NCBI GenBank assembly: GCA_965279375.1
Contig: OZ257156.1
Location: 3,008,001-3,072,000 of the forward strand
DNA: 64,000 nucleotides
Direction of reading: 5' to 3'
From: Gemmatimonas sp.
GTDB taxonomy: Bacteria > Gemmatimonadota > Gemmatimonadetes > Gemmatimonadales > Gemmatimonadaceae
Shown here: positions 10,059 through 18,779 of the stretch, in pieces
Layout: every line of letters starts with the position of its first letter
How positions within the stretch are numbered: the stretch's first letter is position 1
Translations under genes and position numbers: made by a program
Notes under the pieces: model-generated
Database searches by the model: none
Told to the model about the DNA's origin: nothing
The model's input: the letters and a program-made list of their open reading frames with translations, nothing else

Positions 10059-11367
10059 AGAACGTCGTGGTGGGTGGTTCGCTCTCCTGCAGGACACAAC
10101 GCTTTACCGCTCGATCGTTCGCACACCACCGCTCGATTCGCCTCGCGGTCGTGCGCAGCGCGCCTTCGGCAATGTGTTTCTGCACTTGTATCCGGTGCGT
10201 GTGCCAGCGCGATTGCTGTCGCTGCGCAGCACATATCGACTCGGCTTCATCTGCACGGTGCTCTTCGGCATTCTGCTGGTGACCGGCACGTATCTCATGT
10301 TCTTCTATACGCCGGCGGTGACGATGGCGTATGGCGACATGCAGAAACTGCGGACGGTGGTGGGCTTCGGTCAGCTCATTCGCAACGTGCATCGGTGGAG
10401 CGCGCACTTGATGGTGCTCTTCGTGTGCTTGCACATGGCGCGTGTCTTCTGGGATGGCGCCTACAAGTCGCCGCGCGAGTTCAACTGGGTGGTGGGGATC
10501 GCGCTACTGATCATCACGCTGGCGTATTCGTTCACCGGATATCTGCTGCCGTGGGATCAGCTTGCGTATTGGGCCGTGACCGTCGGATCGGACCTGGTGC
10601 ACTACGTGCCCGTAGCCGGCACGTGGTTGCGGAACGTGCTGCTAGGCGGCGCCACCATCGGGCAATCGGCACTGCTGCGCTTCTACGTGCTGCACATCGC
10701 CGTGCTCACGGTGGCCTTCGGCGTCTTTTTCTCCGTGCACATCTGGCGCGTACGCAAGGACGGCTTTGCGCCGAGTGGCACCCCGAATGGCACCCCGGGT
10801 GGAAAGAAGGAGGAAGCGCTCGCTGTAAGCGCGACGGCTGCAACGGCAAGTGCGTCGACGACGGCTACGGCGACGCCGGCGCGCGTGCGTTTGCTTGGTG
10901 TCGTGCAGGCCCCGTCGAGTGCCGTGCATGCGCGCGACGTCGAAGCAGAAGTGTTCTCGTGGCCGCATCTGCTCATTCGGCATCAGGTTGTGGCACTGGC
11001 CACGACGGCGGTCGTCATCGCGATGGGCATCTTCTTCGATGCGCCGCTGCGTGATCACGCCAACGCGAACCTCACGCCCGAGCCGGCGAAAGCGCCCTGG
11101 TATTTCGTGGGCATTCAAGAGCTGCTTGCCCATTTCGATCCGGTGATCGCTGGCGTGATGGCGCCGGCGGCGTTGCTCTTTTTACTGGCTGCAATTCCGT
11201 ACGTGGACCGCGACCCGGCGCATCTGCCCGGCGAGCGACGTGTGGCCGTGTCGCTGTTTTCTGTCGTGGCGCTGGCAGCCGTGGTGCTCACGGTCATCGG
11301 CGCGCTGTTCCGCGGGCCGGGCTGGGCGTTCGTGCTGCCGTGGGAACATCTCTACTTCGAGCCCTGA
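10051..11367 (+). CDS. Cytochrome b of a Rieske/cytb complex (b6-like domain fused to subunit IV-like domain)
   Basis: IRNVHRWSAH...H, FTGYLLPWDQLAYWA, RFYVLH-x14-H, KAPWYF; GTG start overlaps oxidoreductase stop. Confidence 0.9.
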   Translation: MSEERRGGWFALLQDTTLYRSIVRTPPLDSPRGRAQRAFGNVFLHLYPVRVPARLLSLRSTYRLGFICTVLFGILLVTGTYLMFFYTPAVTMAYGDMQKLRTVVGFGQLIRNVHRWSAHLMVLFVCLHMARVFWDGAYKSPREFNWVVGIALLIITLAYSFTGYLLPWDQLAYWAVTVGSDLVHYVPVAGTWLRNVLLGGATIGQSALLRFYVLHIAVLTVAFGVFFSVHIWRVRKDGFAPSGTPNGTPGGKKEEALAVSATAATASASTTATATPARVRLLGVVQAPSSAVHARDVEAEVFSWPHLLIRHQVVALATTAVVIAMGIFFDAPLRDHANANLTPEPAKAPWYFVGIQELLAHFDPVIAGVMAPAALLFLLAAIPYVDRDPAHLPGERRVAVSLFSVVALAAVVLTVIGALFRGPGWAFVLPWEHLYFEP

Positions 11368-11370
11368 TCA

Positions 11371-11871
11371 ATGAGCCCTACCCGCCGAGAGACGTTGCAG
11401 ACCGCGTGGATGCTGGGAAGCGGACTGCTGGCGACCGCCGCTGGATGGACGAGTCTGGAAGCGCTCGCGCCGCTGGCCAATCTGGATGGCACCGGACGGC
11501 TTCCGTTGCGCGAGCCGGACGCCTATCCCGAAGGGAGCGCGACGTTCGTGCGCGAAGGACATCTCTACGTGACACGGGCCAAGGGCGAGCTCTTTGCCGT
11601 CTCGCAGAAGTGTCCGCACCTGGGCTGTCGCGTGCCCTTCTGCGAAGGGAGTGGACGTTTCGAATGTCCGTGCCATGGCTCGATCTACAACGTGGCGGGC
11701 GAGTACATCGAAGGACCGGCCCCACGCGGTATGGATCGTTATCCCGTCAGCGTCGAGGACGGTCGAGTGGTGGTGAATCTGGCGGAGCTGGTGGAAGGAC
11801 CGCCGATTGGCGCGCGACGCTTCGATACGCCGATGATCCCGGGCGGCTGCGCGTCGGAAACTCGCAGCTGA
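11371..11871 (+). CDS. Rieske [2Fe-2S] protein with Tat-like signal
   Basis: TRRETL N-terminus, CPHLGC, CPCHGSIY, GPAPR. Confidence 0.93.
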   Translation: MSPTRRETLQTAWMLGSGLLATAAGWTSLEALAPLANLDGTGRLPLREPDAYPEGSATFVREGHLYVTRAKGELFAVSQKCPHLGCRVPFCEGSGRFECPCHGSIYNVAGEYIEGPAPRGMDRYPVSVEDGRVVVNLAELVEGPPIGARRFDTPMIPGGCASETRS

Positions 11872-11872
11872 T

Positions 11873-12403
11873 ATGCCCACTCCTGACCCACTCGATTCTC
11901 CGGAGCTCGCACGCAGCCTCGATCGCCAATACATGATCGGACTCGTGTGCATGGCGTTGCTGATCGTCGCGTTTCCGCTGTACCGCCTGGGGGAACCCAA
12001 GCGGAGACAGGAGGCGCGCACAGCCGTCGAGCGGGAGTCGGTGGTCATCGGTCGCGACGTCTTCTCGCGCAATTGCGCGGCGTGTCACGGGGCGGATGGC
12101 AACGGCGGCAGCATCGCGCCGACGCTGCGCTCGCGCGAGTTCCTGTCCGTCACGAGCGATCAGCAGCTGCATTGGATCATCAGCGGCGGCATTCCCGGCA
12201 CGCCGATGACGGCGTATCACGTGGATCTGGGCGGTCCGTTCACGCCGCAGGAAATCGGACGATTGGTGCAGTATCTGCGCTCGCTCGAGCGCGACGCACC
12301 ATCGGTCCCCAACTGGCGCGCAGGCACTAAGGGTCCCGCGCTCGAGGAGCGCCACGAGAAGGAGTCTCGCGGCGAACGGAGTCGTGAGGGCGCCAAGCGC
12401 TGA
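11873..12403 (+). CDS. Membrane-anchored monoheme cytochrome c
   Basis: N-terminal TM helix, CAACHG, distal Met in GTPMTAY. Confidence 0.9.
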   Translation: MPTPDPLDSPELARSLDRQYMIGLVCMALLIVAFPLYRLGEPKRRQEARTAVERESVVIGRDVFSRNCAACHGADGNGGSIAPTLRSREFLSVTSDQQLHWIISGGIPGTPMTAYHVDLGGPFTPQEIGRLVQYLRSLERDAPSVPNWRAGTKGPALEERHEKESRGERSREGAKR

Positions 12404-12450
12404 GCGTCACGCGCTGAACGTAACGCGCTGAACGTCACGCGCTGAACGCT
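12397..12450. repeat. 14-bp tandem repeat (GCGCTGA[A/G]CGT[C/A]AC, about 3.8 copies) starting across the cytochrome c stop codon
   Basis: Units begin at 12397, 12411, 12425 and 12439. Confidence 0.85.
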
Positions 12451-12524
12451 TGGCGGGTGGTGGTGCCGACGTTTGCTTTCAGGGACACGTTTTGCTGACC
12501 CTGAACACGACGGGAGCCATCGCC

Positions 12525-13049
12525 ATGTCTCATAGCGCGCAATACCCAATCGGCCGTTTCGAGCGGCGCACGGACTACACGGCGGACGATCGCGCAGCGT
12601 CCATTGCACGCATCGCCGCGCTGCCGGCGGCGATCGCGGCGGCCGCGAGCGGGTTGAGCGAGGCGGCGCTGGACACACCGTACCGCGAGGGCGGCTGGAC
12701 CGTGCGCCAGCTGGTGCATCACGTGGCCGACAGTCACGCCAACGCGTTCATTCGCCTCAAGCTGGCGCTGACCGAGCACGAGCCGACCATCAAGCCGTAC
12801 GACCAGGATGCGTGGGTGCAATTGGCCGATATTCGCGAGGTCTCGCCGCTCGTGAGCATCGCCATGCTCGCTGCGCTGCACGAGCGTATGACAGCCGTGC
12901 TGCGTGCAATGCAACCCGAGGATTTTGCACGCGTGCTCATTCATCCCGAGAGTGGTCGCATGACCCTCGACCAATTGCTCGCGCTCTATGCATGGCACGG
13001 CGACCATCACGTCGCGCACATCACCAACCTGCGCGCCACTCTCGCGTAA
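12525..13049 (+). CDS. YfiT/BstA (DinB superfamily) bacillithiol S-transferase-like protein
   Basis: YPIGRF, LDTPYREGGWTVRQLVHHVADSH, YAWHGDHHVAHI; GGGAG RBS. Confidence 0.9.
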   Translation: MSHSAQYPIGRFERRTDYTADDRAASIARIAALPAAIAAAASGLSEAALDTPYREGGWTVRQLVHHVADSHANAFIRLKLALTEHEPTIKPYDQDAWVQLADIREVSPLVSIAMLAALHERMTAVLRAMQPEDFARVLIHPESGRMTLDQLLALYAWHGDHHVAHITNLRATLA

Positions 13050-13093
13050 GAACGGACACCCTCGGCGCAAGTTGAGGCGCGTCTCTTAAGAGT

Positions 13094-13307
13094 GCTGTAT
13101 CCGTGTGCCGTTTCCGCGTGCATCTGTTGCTATCCGTGGCCGAGCAGTTCGTCCGTTCCTATCCGCCGCGGCGTGGTCTCGCTCGGGGATTGGTTAGGAT
13201 CTCACTGGATGAACTGCTCGGCCACGGATAAGAGCCGATAGGAACGGAAGCCGCGCACGGATACTGCGCACGGATACTGCGCACGGATACTGCGCACGGA
13301 TACTGCG
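13094..13307. repeat. Intergenic palindromic element: 24-bp inverted repeat plus 4 x 13-bp tandem repeat GCGCACGGATACT
   Basis: Arms 13131-13154 and 13207-13230 (one mismatch); tandem units 13253-13304. Confidence 0.9.
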
Positions 13308-13329
13308 TTAACGACGAGTTGCTTTAGCC

Positions 13330-15384
13330 CTACGGGCGCCCTTCGATCACGCGCCCGGCTTCACCCACGATCGCGATTTGTGCGGTGCCCGGGACGCCGA
13401 AAATCGAGTAGAGCGTCGTGGTGGACGGGACCGTCAGCGTCTTCCAGGCGAGACCATCGTAGCGGAGCACCGTACCGCTGTCGCCGGCGGCATACACCTC
13501 AGTGGGTCCGCGTCCCCAGATCGCACGCAGGTCGCGTGTGGTAGGCACCGTCTGCGTCTGCCACCGCACGCCATCGAAACGGGCGATGGTGCCCTTGTCG
13601 CCACCGATGAAGACGTCGTTTGCGCTCGTGCCCCACACGGCGCGCAGGCGCGTGCTGTTGGAGACCGGTGTCTGCACGCTTGTCCAGCGTCCGCCGTCGT
13701 AGCGCAGCACGACGCCGGAGTCGCCCACCACGTACACGTTGGAAAGATCACTCCCCCACACGCTGCGCAGGAACTGCGGCGTGCCACTCGACTGCGGCGT
13801 CCACCCCGTGCCGTTGGAGCGGAAGATGGTTCCGCGTTCTCCCACGGCCACGTACTGCCCCGGCCCGCCGTTCCAGATGCCGCGCAGTACTCCTCCCGTC
13901 GGCGCTGTCTCGCGTGTCCACGTGGAGCCGTCGTAGCGCAGCACCGACCCCGTGTCACCCACGGCGACGATGTCCGTCGCGCTGCTCCCCGCGATGCCGT
14001 ACAGATCGTTCACGCCGGGCACCGTGGCGTAGCTCCATCCCCCGTTGTCCCGCCGGAAGACGCTGCCGCCCAACCCCACTGCAAACAGTGGCCCGCCGTT
14101 GCCGCCGTAGACCGATAGCAGCGATGGGTCGGAAATCTCCGTGCTGGCGGTCGCGCCGGCGCCGATGCCGCGCGCCGTGAGCACCGTTCCCCACCATCCC
14201 GCGATGCGCAGCGTACCGTCGCCGCGCTTGGCGATGGCACGAAGGTTCTGTCCCGTGCCAAGCGAAAGCGCCTTCCACGAGATGCCATCGAAATTCCAGA
14301 CCGTGCCCGTGTTGCCGACGGTGTAGATGTCGTCGAACGATCGGCCCGTGATCGCGAACAGATTCGCGGCGCCGGGCACCTTCATCACGCTCCACGTGAA
14401 GCCGTCGAAGCGAAGGATCGTTCCGCTCGCACCGACGGCGAAGACGTTGCCGACGCTCGAGCCCCACACGTCGAACAGCGGGAGCTGCAACGGCACGCTC
14501 ATCAACCGCCAATTGGTGCCGTCGAAGCGCAGAATGACGCCGTTGTTGCCGACGGCAAAGAGATTGTTGCCGTTGGGGCCCCAGATCCCCCAGAGATCGT
14601 CGGTGACCGGCGTGGTTTGCTGCGTCCACTTGGTGCCGTCCCAGCGCAGCACCGTGCCCCTGTCGCCGAGCGCGTACAGTTCGGTGGCGCTGAGCCCCCA
14701 GACTTCGAGCAACGATGCGCTGGTGCCGCTGGCGACCTTCTGGAACGTGCGACCATCGCCGTGCAGAATGACGCCCGCGGTCCCGACCACCCAAATGTCC
14801 GTTGGCGACGCGCCCCACACACCAACCAGCGTTTCATCGGTGCCGGTGGGAATGCGCTCCCACGTCCCGTCGGCCTTGGATCGCACGAGCACGCCGTTTT
14901 GCGCCGCCCCGTACGTCGTGCCTTGGCCGTCGTCCCAGATACCCAGCATCGTCGCGTCGGTCAGACCCGCGCGCGTCACGCTCCACTGCTGCACGCCCGG
15001 TGCGATCGCGGTGACCGACACTTGGACCAATGCACTCAACGGACCGTTGACCCCCGTCGCGCTGGCGGTGATGCGTGCGGCGCCGGGTGCGATGGCGCGC
15101 ACGCGTCCGCTGGAGTCCACTGTTGCGACCGCGGGGGCATCGCTGAGCCAGCTGATGGCGGGATTGCTCACCGCCGCGCCGCTGCTGTCGCGCGCGTCAA
15201 CCGCGATCACGCGCTCCTGCCCAGCCTGCAACGCGATCGAAGCAGGACTCGCTGTCAGACTAACAAGCCGCTTGGGCGGTACGGGCGGCGGCTGCACCTC
15301 GACGGGTGCCGCGCGGTCACACGCGGCGAAGAGGGGCAGGGCGAGCGACAACACCAATACGGCGAACGTACGGAGGGGGCGCAT
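13330..15384 (-). CDS. Lipoprotein: Ig-like (Big_2) domain plus 14 beta-propeller repeats
   Basis: LFAAC lipobox; WLSDAPAVATVDSSG; 14 repeats of about 39 aa (LxxxWGxxxxDxxAVGxxGxxLRxDGxxW). Confidence 0.8.
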   Translation of the reverse strand: MRPLRTFAVLVLSLALPLFAACDRAAPVEVQPPPVPPKRLVSLTASPASIALQAGQERVIAVDARDSSGAAVSNPAISWLSDAPAVATVDSSGRVRAIAPGAARITASATGVNGPLSALVQVSVTAIAPGVQQWSVTRAGLTDATMLGIWDDGQGTTYGAAQNGVLVRSKADGTWERIPTGTDETLVGVWGASPTDIWVVGTAGVILHGDGRTFQKVASGTSASLLEVWGLSATELYALGDRGTVLRWDGTKWTQQTTPVTDDLWGIWGPNGNNLFAVGNNGVILRFDGTNWRLMSVPLQLPLFDVWGSSVGNVFAVGASGTILRFDGFTWSVMKVPGAANLFAITGRSFDDIYTVGNTGTVWNFDGISWKALSLGTGQNLRAIAKRGDGTLRIAGWWGTVLTARGIGAGATASTEISDPSLLSVYGGNGGPLFAVGLGGSVFRRDNGGWSYATVPGVNDLYGIAGSSATDIVAVGDTGSVLRYDGSTWTRETAPTGGVLRGIWNGGPGQYVAVGERGTIFRSNGTGWTPQSSGTPQFLRSVWGSDLSNVYVVGDSGVVLRYDGGRWTSVQTPVSNSTRLRAVWGTSANDVFIGGDKGTIARFDGVRWQTQTVPTTRDLRAIWGRGPTEVYAAGDSGTVLRYDGLAWKTLTVPSTTTLYSIFGVPGTAQIAIVGEAGRVIEGRP

Positions 15385-15573
15385 GTTGCGGAGCCTAGCC
15401 ATGCGCGCGGTGCCTGCGCAACGCCCTGACGCCAACCACCGTAGCTTTGATGTGCGGCAGCGCTCTCGTGCTGTGCGACCTGTCACGTGCCGCATCCCAA
15501 GTCGTGCCCTGTGCCGTGCGGACTCCCGTCCTCGCTTGACGGCTTCTGTCATACTCTCCGATCCTCGTCACGT

Positions 15574-17598
15574 ATGAACGCCTGCCTGATGTCTTCTCGT
15601 CCCACGGCGACTGCGCGGTCCCGCCACGTGGCGGCACTGCTGCTCGCCACCGCAACGCTGTCGCTCGCGCCACTGACCTCCGCGACCGCGCAGCGCGGCG
15701 TGCCGCGCACCAACGTCGCGTCCCCAGATGCCGACGTGTTCCTCGTACCGCTGAGCAATGCGGGAGGTGCCCTCAAGGTCGGCGTGCCGGCCAACATCAC
15801 GCGCCGCAGCGGCTACGACAATCAGCCCGCGTTTTCGACGGACTCACGCGCGATCTTCTTCACCTCCAATCGCGGTGACGGGCAGAGCGACATCTACCGC
15901 TACGACCTGAGCACGGGGCTCGCGTTGCCCTCTCCCCGCACGGCCCCGGAGAGTGAGTACTCGGCGATGCCCACGCGCGACGGCAAGGCGCTGACGGTGA
16001 TACGCGTGGAAGCCGACAGCACGCAGCGGCTGTGGCGCATGCCGATCGGCGAAGGCAGCACTGGCGTCGCGCCCTCGGTGATGTTCCCGGACATCAAGCC
16101 GGTCGGCTACTTCGCGCAGGCGGACGATTCCACGTGGGCGTTGTTCGTGCTCGGATCACCTGCCACGTTGCAGGTCGCGCGCACTGGTCGAGCGGGGAGC
16201 GATACGATTGCCCGCGACATCGGCCGCTCGCTGCATCGCATTCCCGGCACCACGCGCGTGAGCTACGTGCAGAAGAGCGCGACGGGCTGGTATGTCATGA
16301 TGCTCGATCCCAGCACGCGGCGCATCGACACGCTGGTCAAGACGCTCGAGCGCAGCGAAGACATCGCGTGGGTGGACAGCACGACGATCGTGTCGGGGAT
16401 GGGCTCCAAGCTGTTCGCGTGGCGCCGTGGCGATGCCGCGTGGCGCGAACTCGCGGATTTCAGCTTTGCGCACATCGGCAAGGTGACGCGGTTGGCCGTG
16501 AGCCCGAGCGGCACGTGGCTGGCGCTGGTGGGCGACGTGACGCCAGTCGGCGCAGCCGCTCGCGCCACGGTCACGCCTCGCGCGGTGTACGCGGACAAGA
16601 TCGATCCGGCCGTCGTGAAGCGCGAAATCGAAATCCTCGCTGCCGATTCGATGGAAGGGCGTATGACCGGCTCGGTGGGGCAGGCGCGCGCGGCCAAGTG
16701 GCTGGCCGAGCAGTACAAGGCGGCAGGGCTCGAACCGGCGGGTGATTCGGGGACGTTCTATCAGCACATTCCGCTCGCGATGCAGGCGGCGCAGGCGATC
16801 CCTGGTGCGCCGGCCGGTGCACCGGCTCGGCCTCGCCCGCGTGCACTGGCGTCGTGGGCGGCGTGGGATTCACTGCCCGCCGATCAGCGCCTGCGCACCG
16901 CGAACATCGCGGGCATCATTCGTGGCAGTGATCCGGCGTTGCGCGATGAAGTCGTGCTGGTGACGGCGCACTACGATCACATCGGCATCGGGCGCGCGGT
17001 GGACGGCGACTCGATCAACAACGGCGCCGACGACGATGCATCGGGGAACATCGCGCTCCTCGAGATGGCCAAGGCGCTTCGCAAAGGCCCGCGCCCCAAG
17101 CGCACGATCCTCTTCATGGCGATCACGGGCGAGGAGGTGGGCGGCTTTGGCACGCGTTGGTACATCGCGCATCCGCTGTTGCCGCTGGCCAAGACCGTCG
17201 TGGACCTGAACGTCGAGATGATCGCGCATCCGGACTCGATCGCGGGCGGATTCGGCAAGGCCTGGCTGACCGGCTACGAGCGCTCCACGATGGGCGACCT
17301 GTTGGCCGACAACGGCATTCCGCTCACTCCCGACATGCGACTCGGTCAGCGGTTCTTCGAACGGTCGGACAACGTGGCGTTCGCGCGCATCGGCATTCCG
17401 GCGCACAGCATTTCGTCGTACAACCTCATCACGCCGTACCACAATCCCAAGGATGAAGCGTCCACGGTGGACGTGGACCACATGTCACAAGTGATCGCCG
17501 CCACAGCGAAGGCGCTGCGTTTGCTGTCAGATGGACTGAAGCCGGAATGGCATCCGGGCGGCCGTCCCGAGGCACCAGCGCCGCGTCCGGCGCGGTAG
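15574..17598 (+). CDS. Secreted TolB/PD40 propeller fused to M28 peptidase
   Basis: Signal peptide; YDNQPAFS; M28 motifs AHYDHIG, NGADDDASG, GEE, RSDN, YH. Confidence 0.85.
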   Translation: MNACLMSSRPTATARSRHVAALLLATATLSLAPLTSATAQRGVPRTNVASPDADVFLVPLSNAGGALKVGVPANITRRSGYDNQPAFSTDSRAIFFTSNRGDGQSDIYRYDLSTGLALPSPRTAPESEYSAMPTRDGKALTVIRVEADSTQRLWRMPIGEGSTGVAPSVMFPDIKPVGYFAQADDSTWALFVLGSPATLQVARTGRAGSDTIARDIGRSLHRIPGTTRVSYVQKSATGWYVMMLDPSTRRIDTLVKTLERSEDIAWVDSTTIVSGMGSKLFAWRRGDAAWRELADFSFAHIGKVTRLAVSPSGTWLALVGDVTPVGAAARATVTPRAVYADKIDPAVVKREIEILAADSMEGRMTGSVGQARAAKWLAEQYKAAGLEPAGDSGTFYQHIPLAMQAAQAIPGAPAGAPARPRPRALASWAAWDSLPADQRLRTANIAGIIRGSDPALRDEVVLVTAHYDHIGIGRAVDGDSINNGADDDASGNIALLEMAKALRKGPRPKRTILFMAITGEEVGGFGTRWYIAHPLLPLAKTVVDLNVEMIAHPDSIAGGFGKAWLTGYERSTMGDLLADNGIPLTPDMRLGQRFFERSDNVAFARIGIPAHSISSYNLITPYHNPKDEASTVDVDHMSQVIAATAKALRLLSDGLKPEWHPGGRPEAPAPRPAR

Positions 17599-17719
17599 GG
17601 CGCGGTAGGGCGAGGAAGAGCGCGGCTCAGCAAACGCGACTCGCGTGTTAACGCCGTCGATGGCGAATCGTCCATCGACGGCGAGGTCGTGTTTGGCGGA
17701 CTTTCTTCGGAGTGGCGAT

Positions 17720-18676
17720 ATGCAGCAGTTGCCCGGTGGTGCTCGACGCTCGACTCGAATCGCGCGGCGATTTGCGCAAACGCTTCTCCTCGGCACCACT
17801 ATCGCCTTTGCGGCCTGCGGCGGCGGTGACGGCGGCATGGCACCGGTACAACCGCCGCCAGTGACGGTGACGGCGGTCGACCTCACGGTGCCAAGCACCT
17901 CCATCGTCTCGCAGCAAACCGTGCAGCTCACCGCCGTGACGCGACTCAGTAACGGCACCACCAACACGGCACCGAACGTCACCTGGACGTCGGCCGCAAC
18001 TGCGGTCGCCACGGTCAACGGCAGCGGCCTGGTTACCGGCGTCGCCCCGGGCACGACAGTCATCACGGCCACGGTCGGCACGGTGAGCGCGACGGCAAGC
18101 ATCACGGTCACCTCGTCTGTGGGCGTGCTGGCCAGCGTCGTCGTCTCGCTCGCCGATCCGGCGCTGCTGCTCGCGCAGACGACTCGCGCCACCGTCACCG
18201 GTCGGGACGCCTCGGGCGGTCCGGCTACACTCGGTACGCGCACGGTCACCTGGTCATCGTCGAGCAATGCCATCGCCACCGTGTCGGCCACTGGATTGGT
18301 AACGGCGGTCGGCATCGGCACCGTCAACATTCAGGTCTCTGTGGCCGACGGCGCGACCGCGCGCATCGCCACCGCGCCTCTCACCATCACCGCCATTCCC
18401 GGTGCGCCTGTCACCGCCGACGTGACGATGCCGGGGCTCACCTTCAGCCCCTTCGAAACGCTGGTCAAGCAGGGTGGCACGGTGCGCTTCGTCTTTCCGT
18501 CACTCGCGCACAACGTCATCTGGGACCCGCGTCTCTCCGGTCAGCCTGCCGCGCCCACCGACATCAACACGACAACCGGTGTGGTCGTCACGCGGACGTT
18601 CCCGAACGTGGGCGTATTCACCTACAAGTGCACACTGCACCCGGGAATGGACGGGACGATCATCGTCTCACCGTGA
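17720..18676 (+). CDS. Lipoprotein with two Big_2 Ig-like domains and C-terminal cupredoxin (type-1 copper)
   Basis: FAACGG lipobox; two WxSS..AxATV...GLVT repeats; HNV and CTLHPGM copper ligands. Confidence 0.85.
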   Translation: MQQLPGGARRSTRIARRFAQTLLLGTTIAFAACGGGDGGMAPVQPPPVTVTAVDLTVPSTSIVSQQTVQLTAVTRLSNGTTNTAPNVTWTSAATAVATVNGSGLVTGVAPGTTVITATVGTVSATASITVTSSVGVLASVVVSLADPALLLAQTTRATVTGRDASGGPATLGTRTVTWSSSSNAIATVSATGLVTAVGIGTVNIQVSVADGATARIATAPLTITAIPGAPVTADVTMPGLTFSPFETLVKQGGTVRFVFPSLAHNVIWDPRLSGQPAAPTDINTTTGVVVTRTFPNVGVFTYKCTLHPGMDGTIIVSP

Positions 18677-18779
18677 GGCGCTCACTCGCGAGCCGACAGA
18701 GCGGCGGATCAGATAGCCCCGGCGTCGTGTGCGTGGCGCGGACGTCTGATCCACAATCGGATGGCAGCGACTGCCGTCG

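Noticed and set aside
13253..13307. Possible CRISPR array
   Set aside because: The 13-bp units are directly adjacent with no spacers, and there are no cas genes in the window.
18706..18752. GGATCAGA/TCTGATCC inverted repeat between convergent genes
   Set aside because: Only 8 bp with a long loop and no U-tract; too weak to call.
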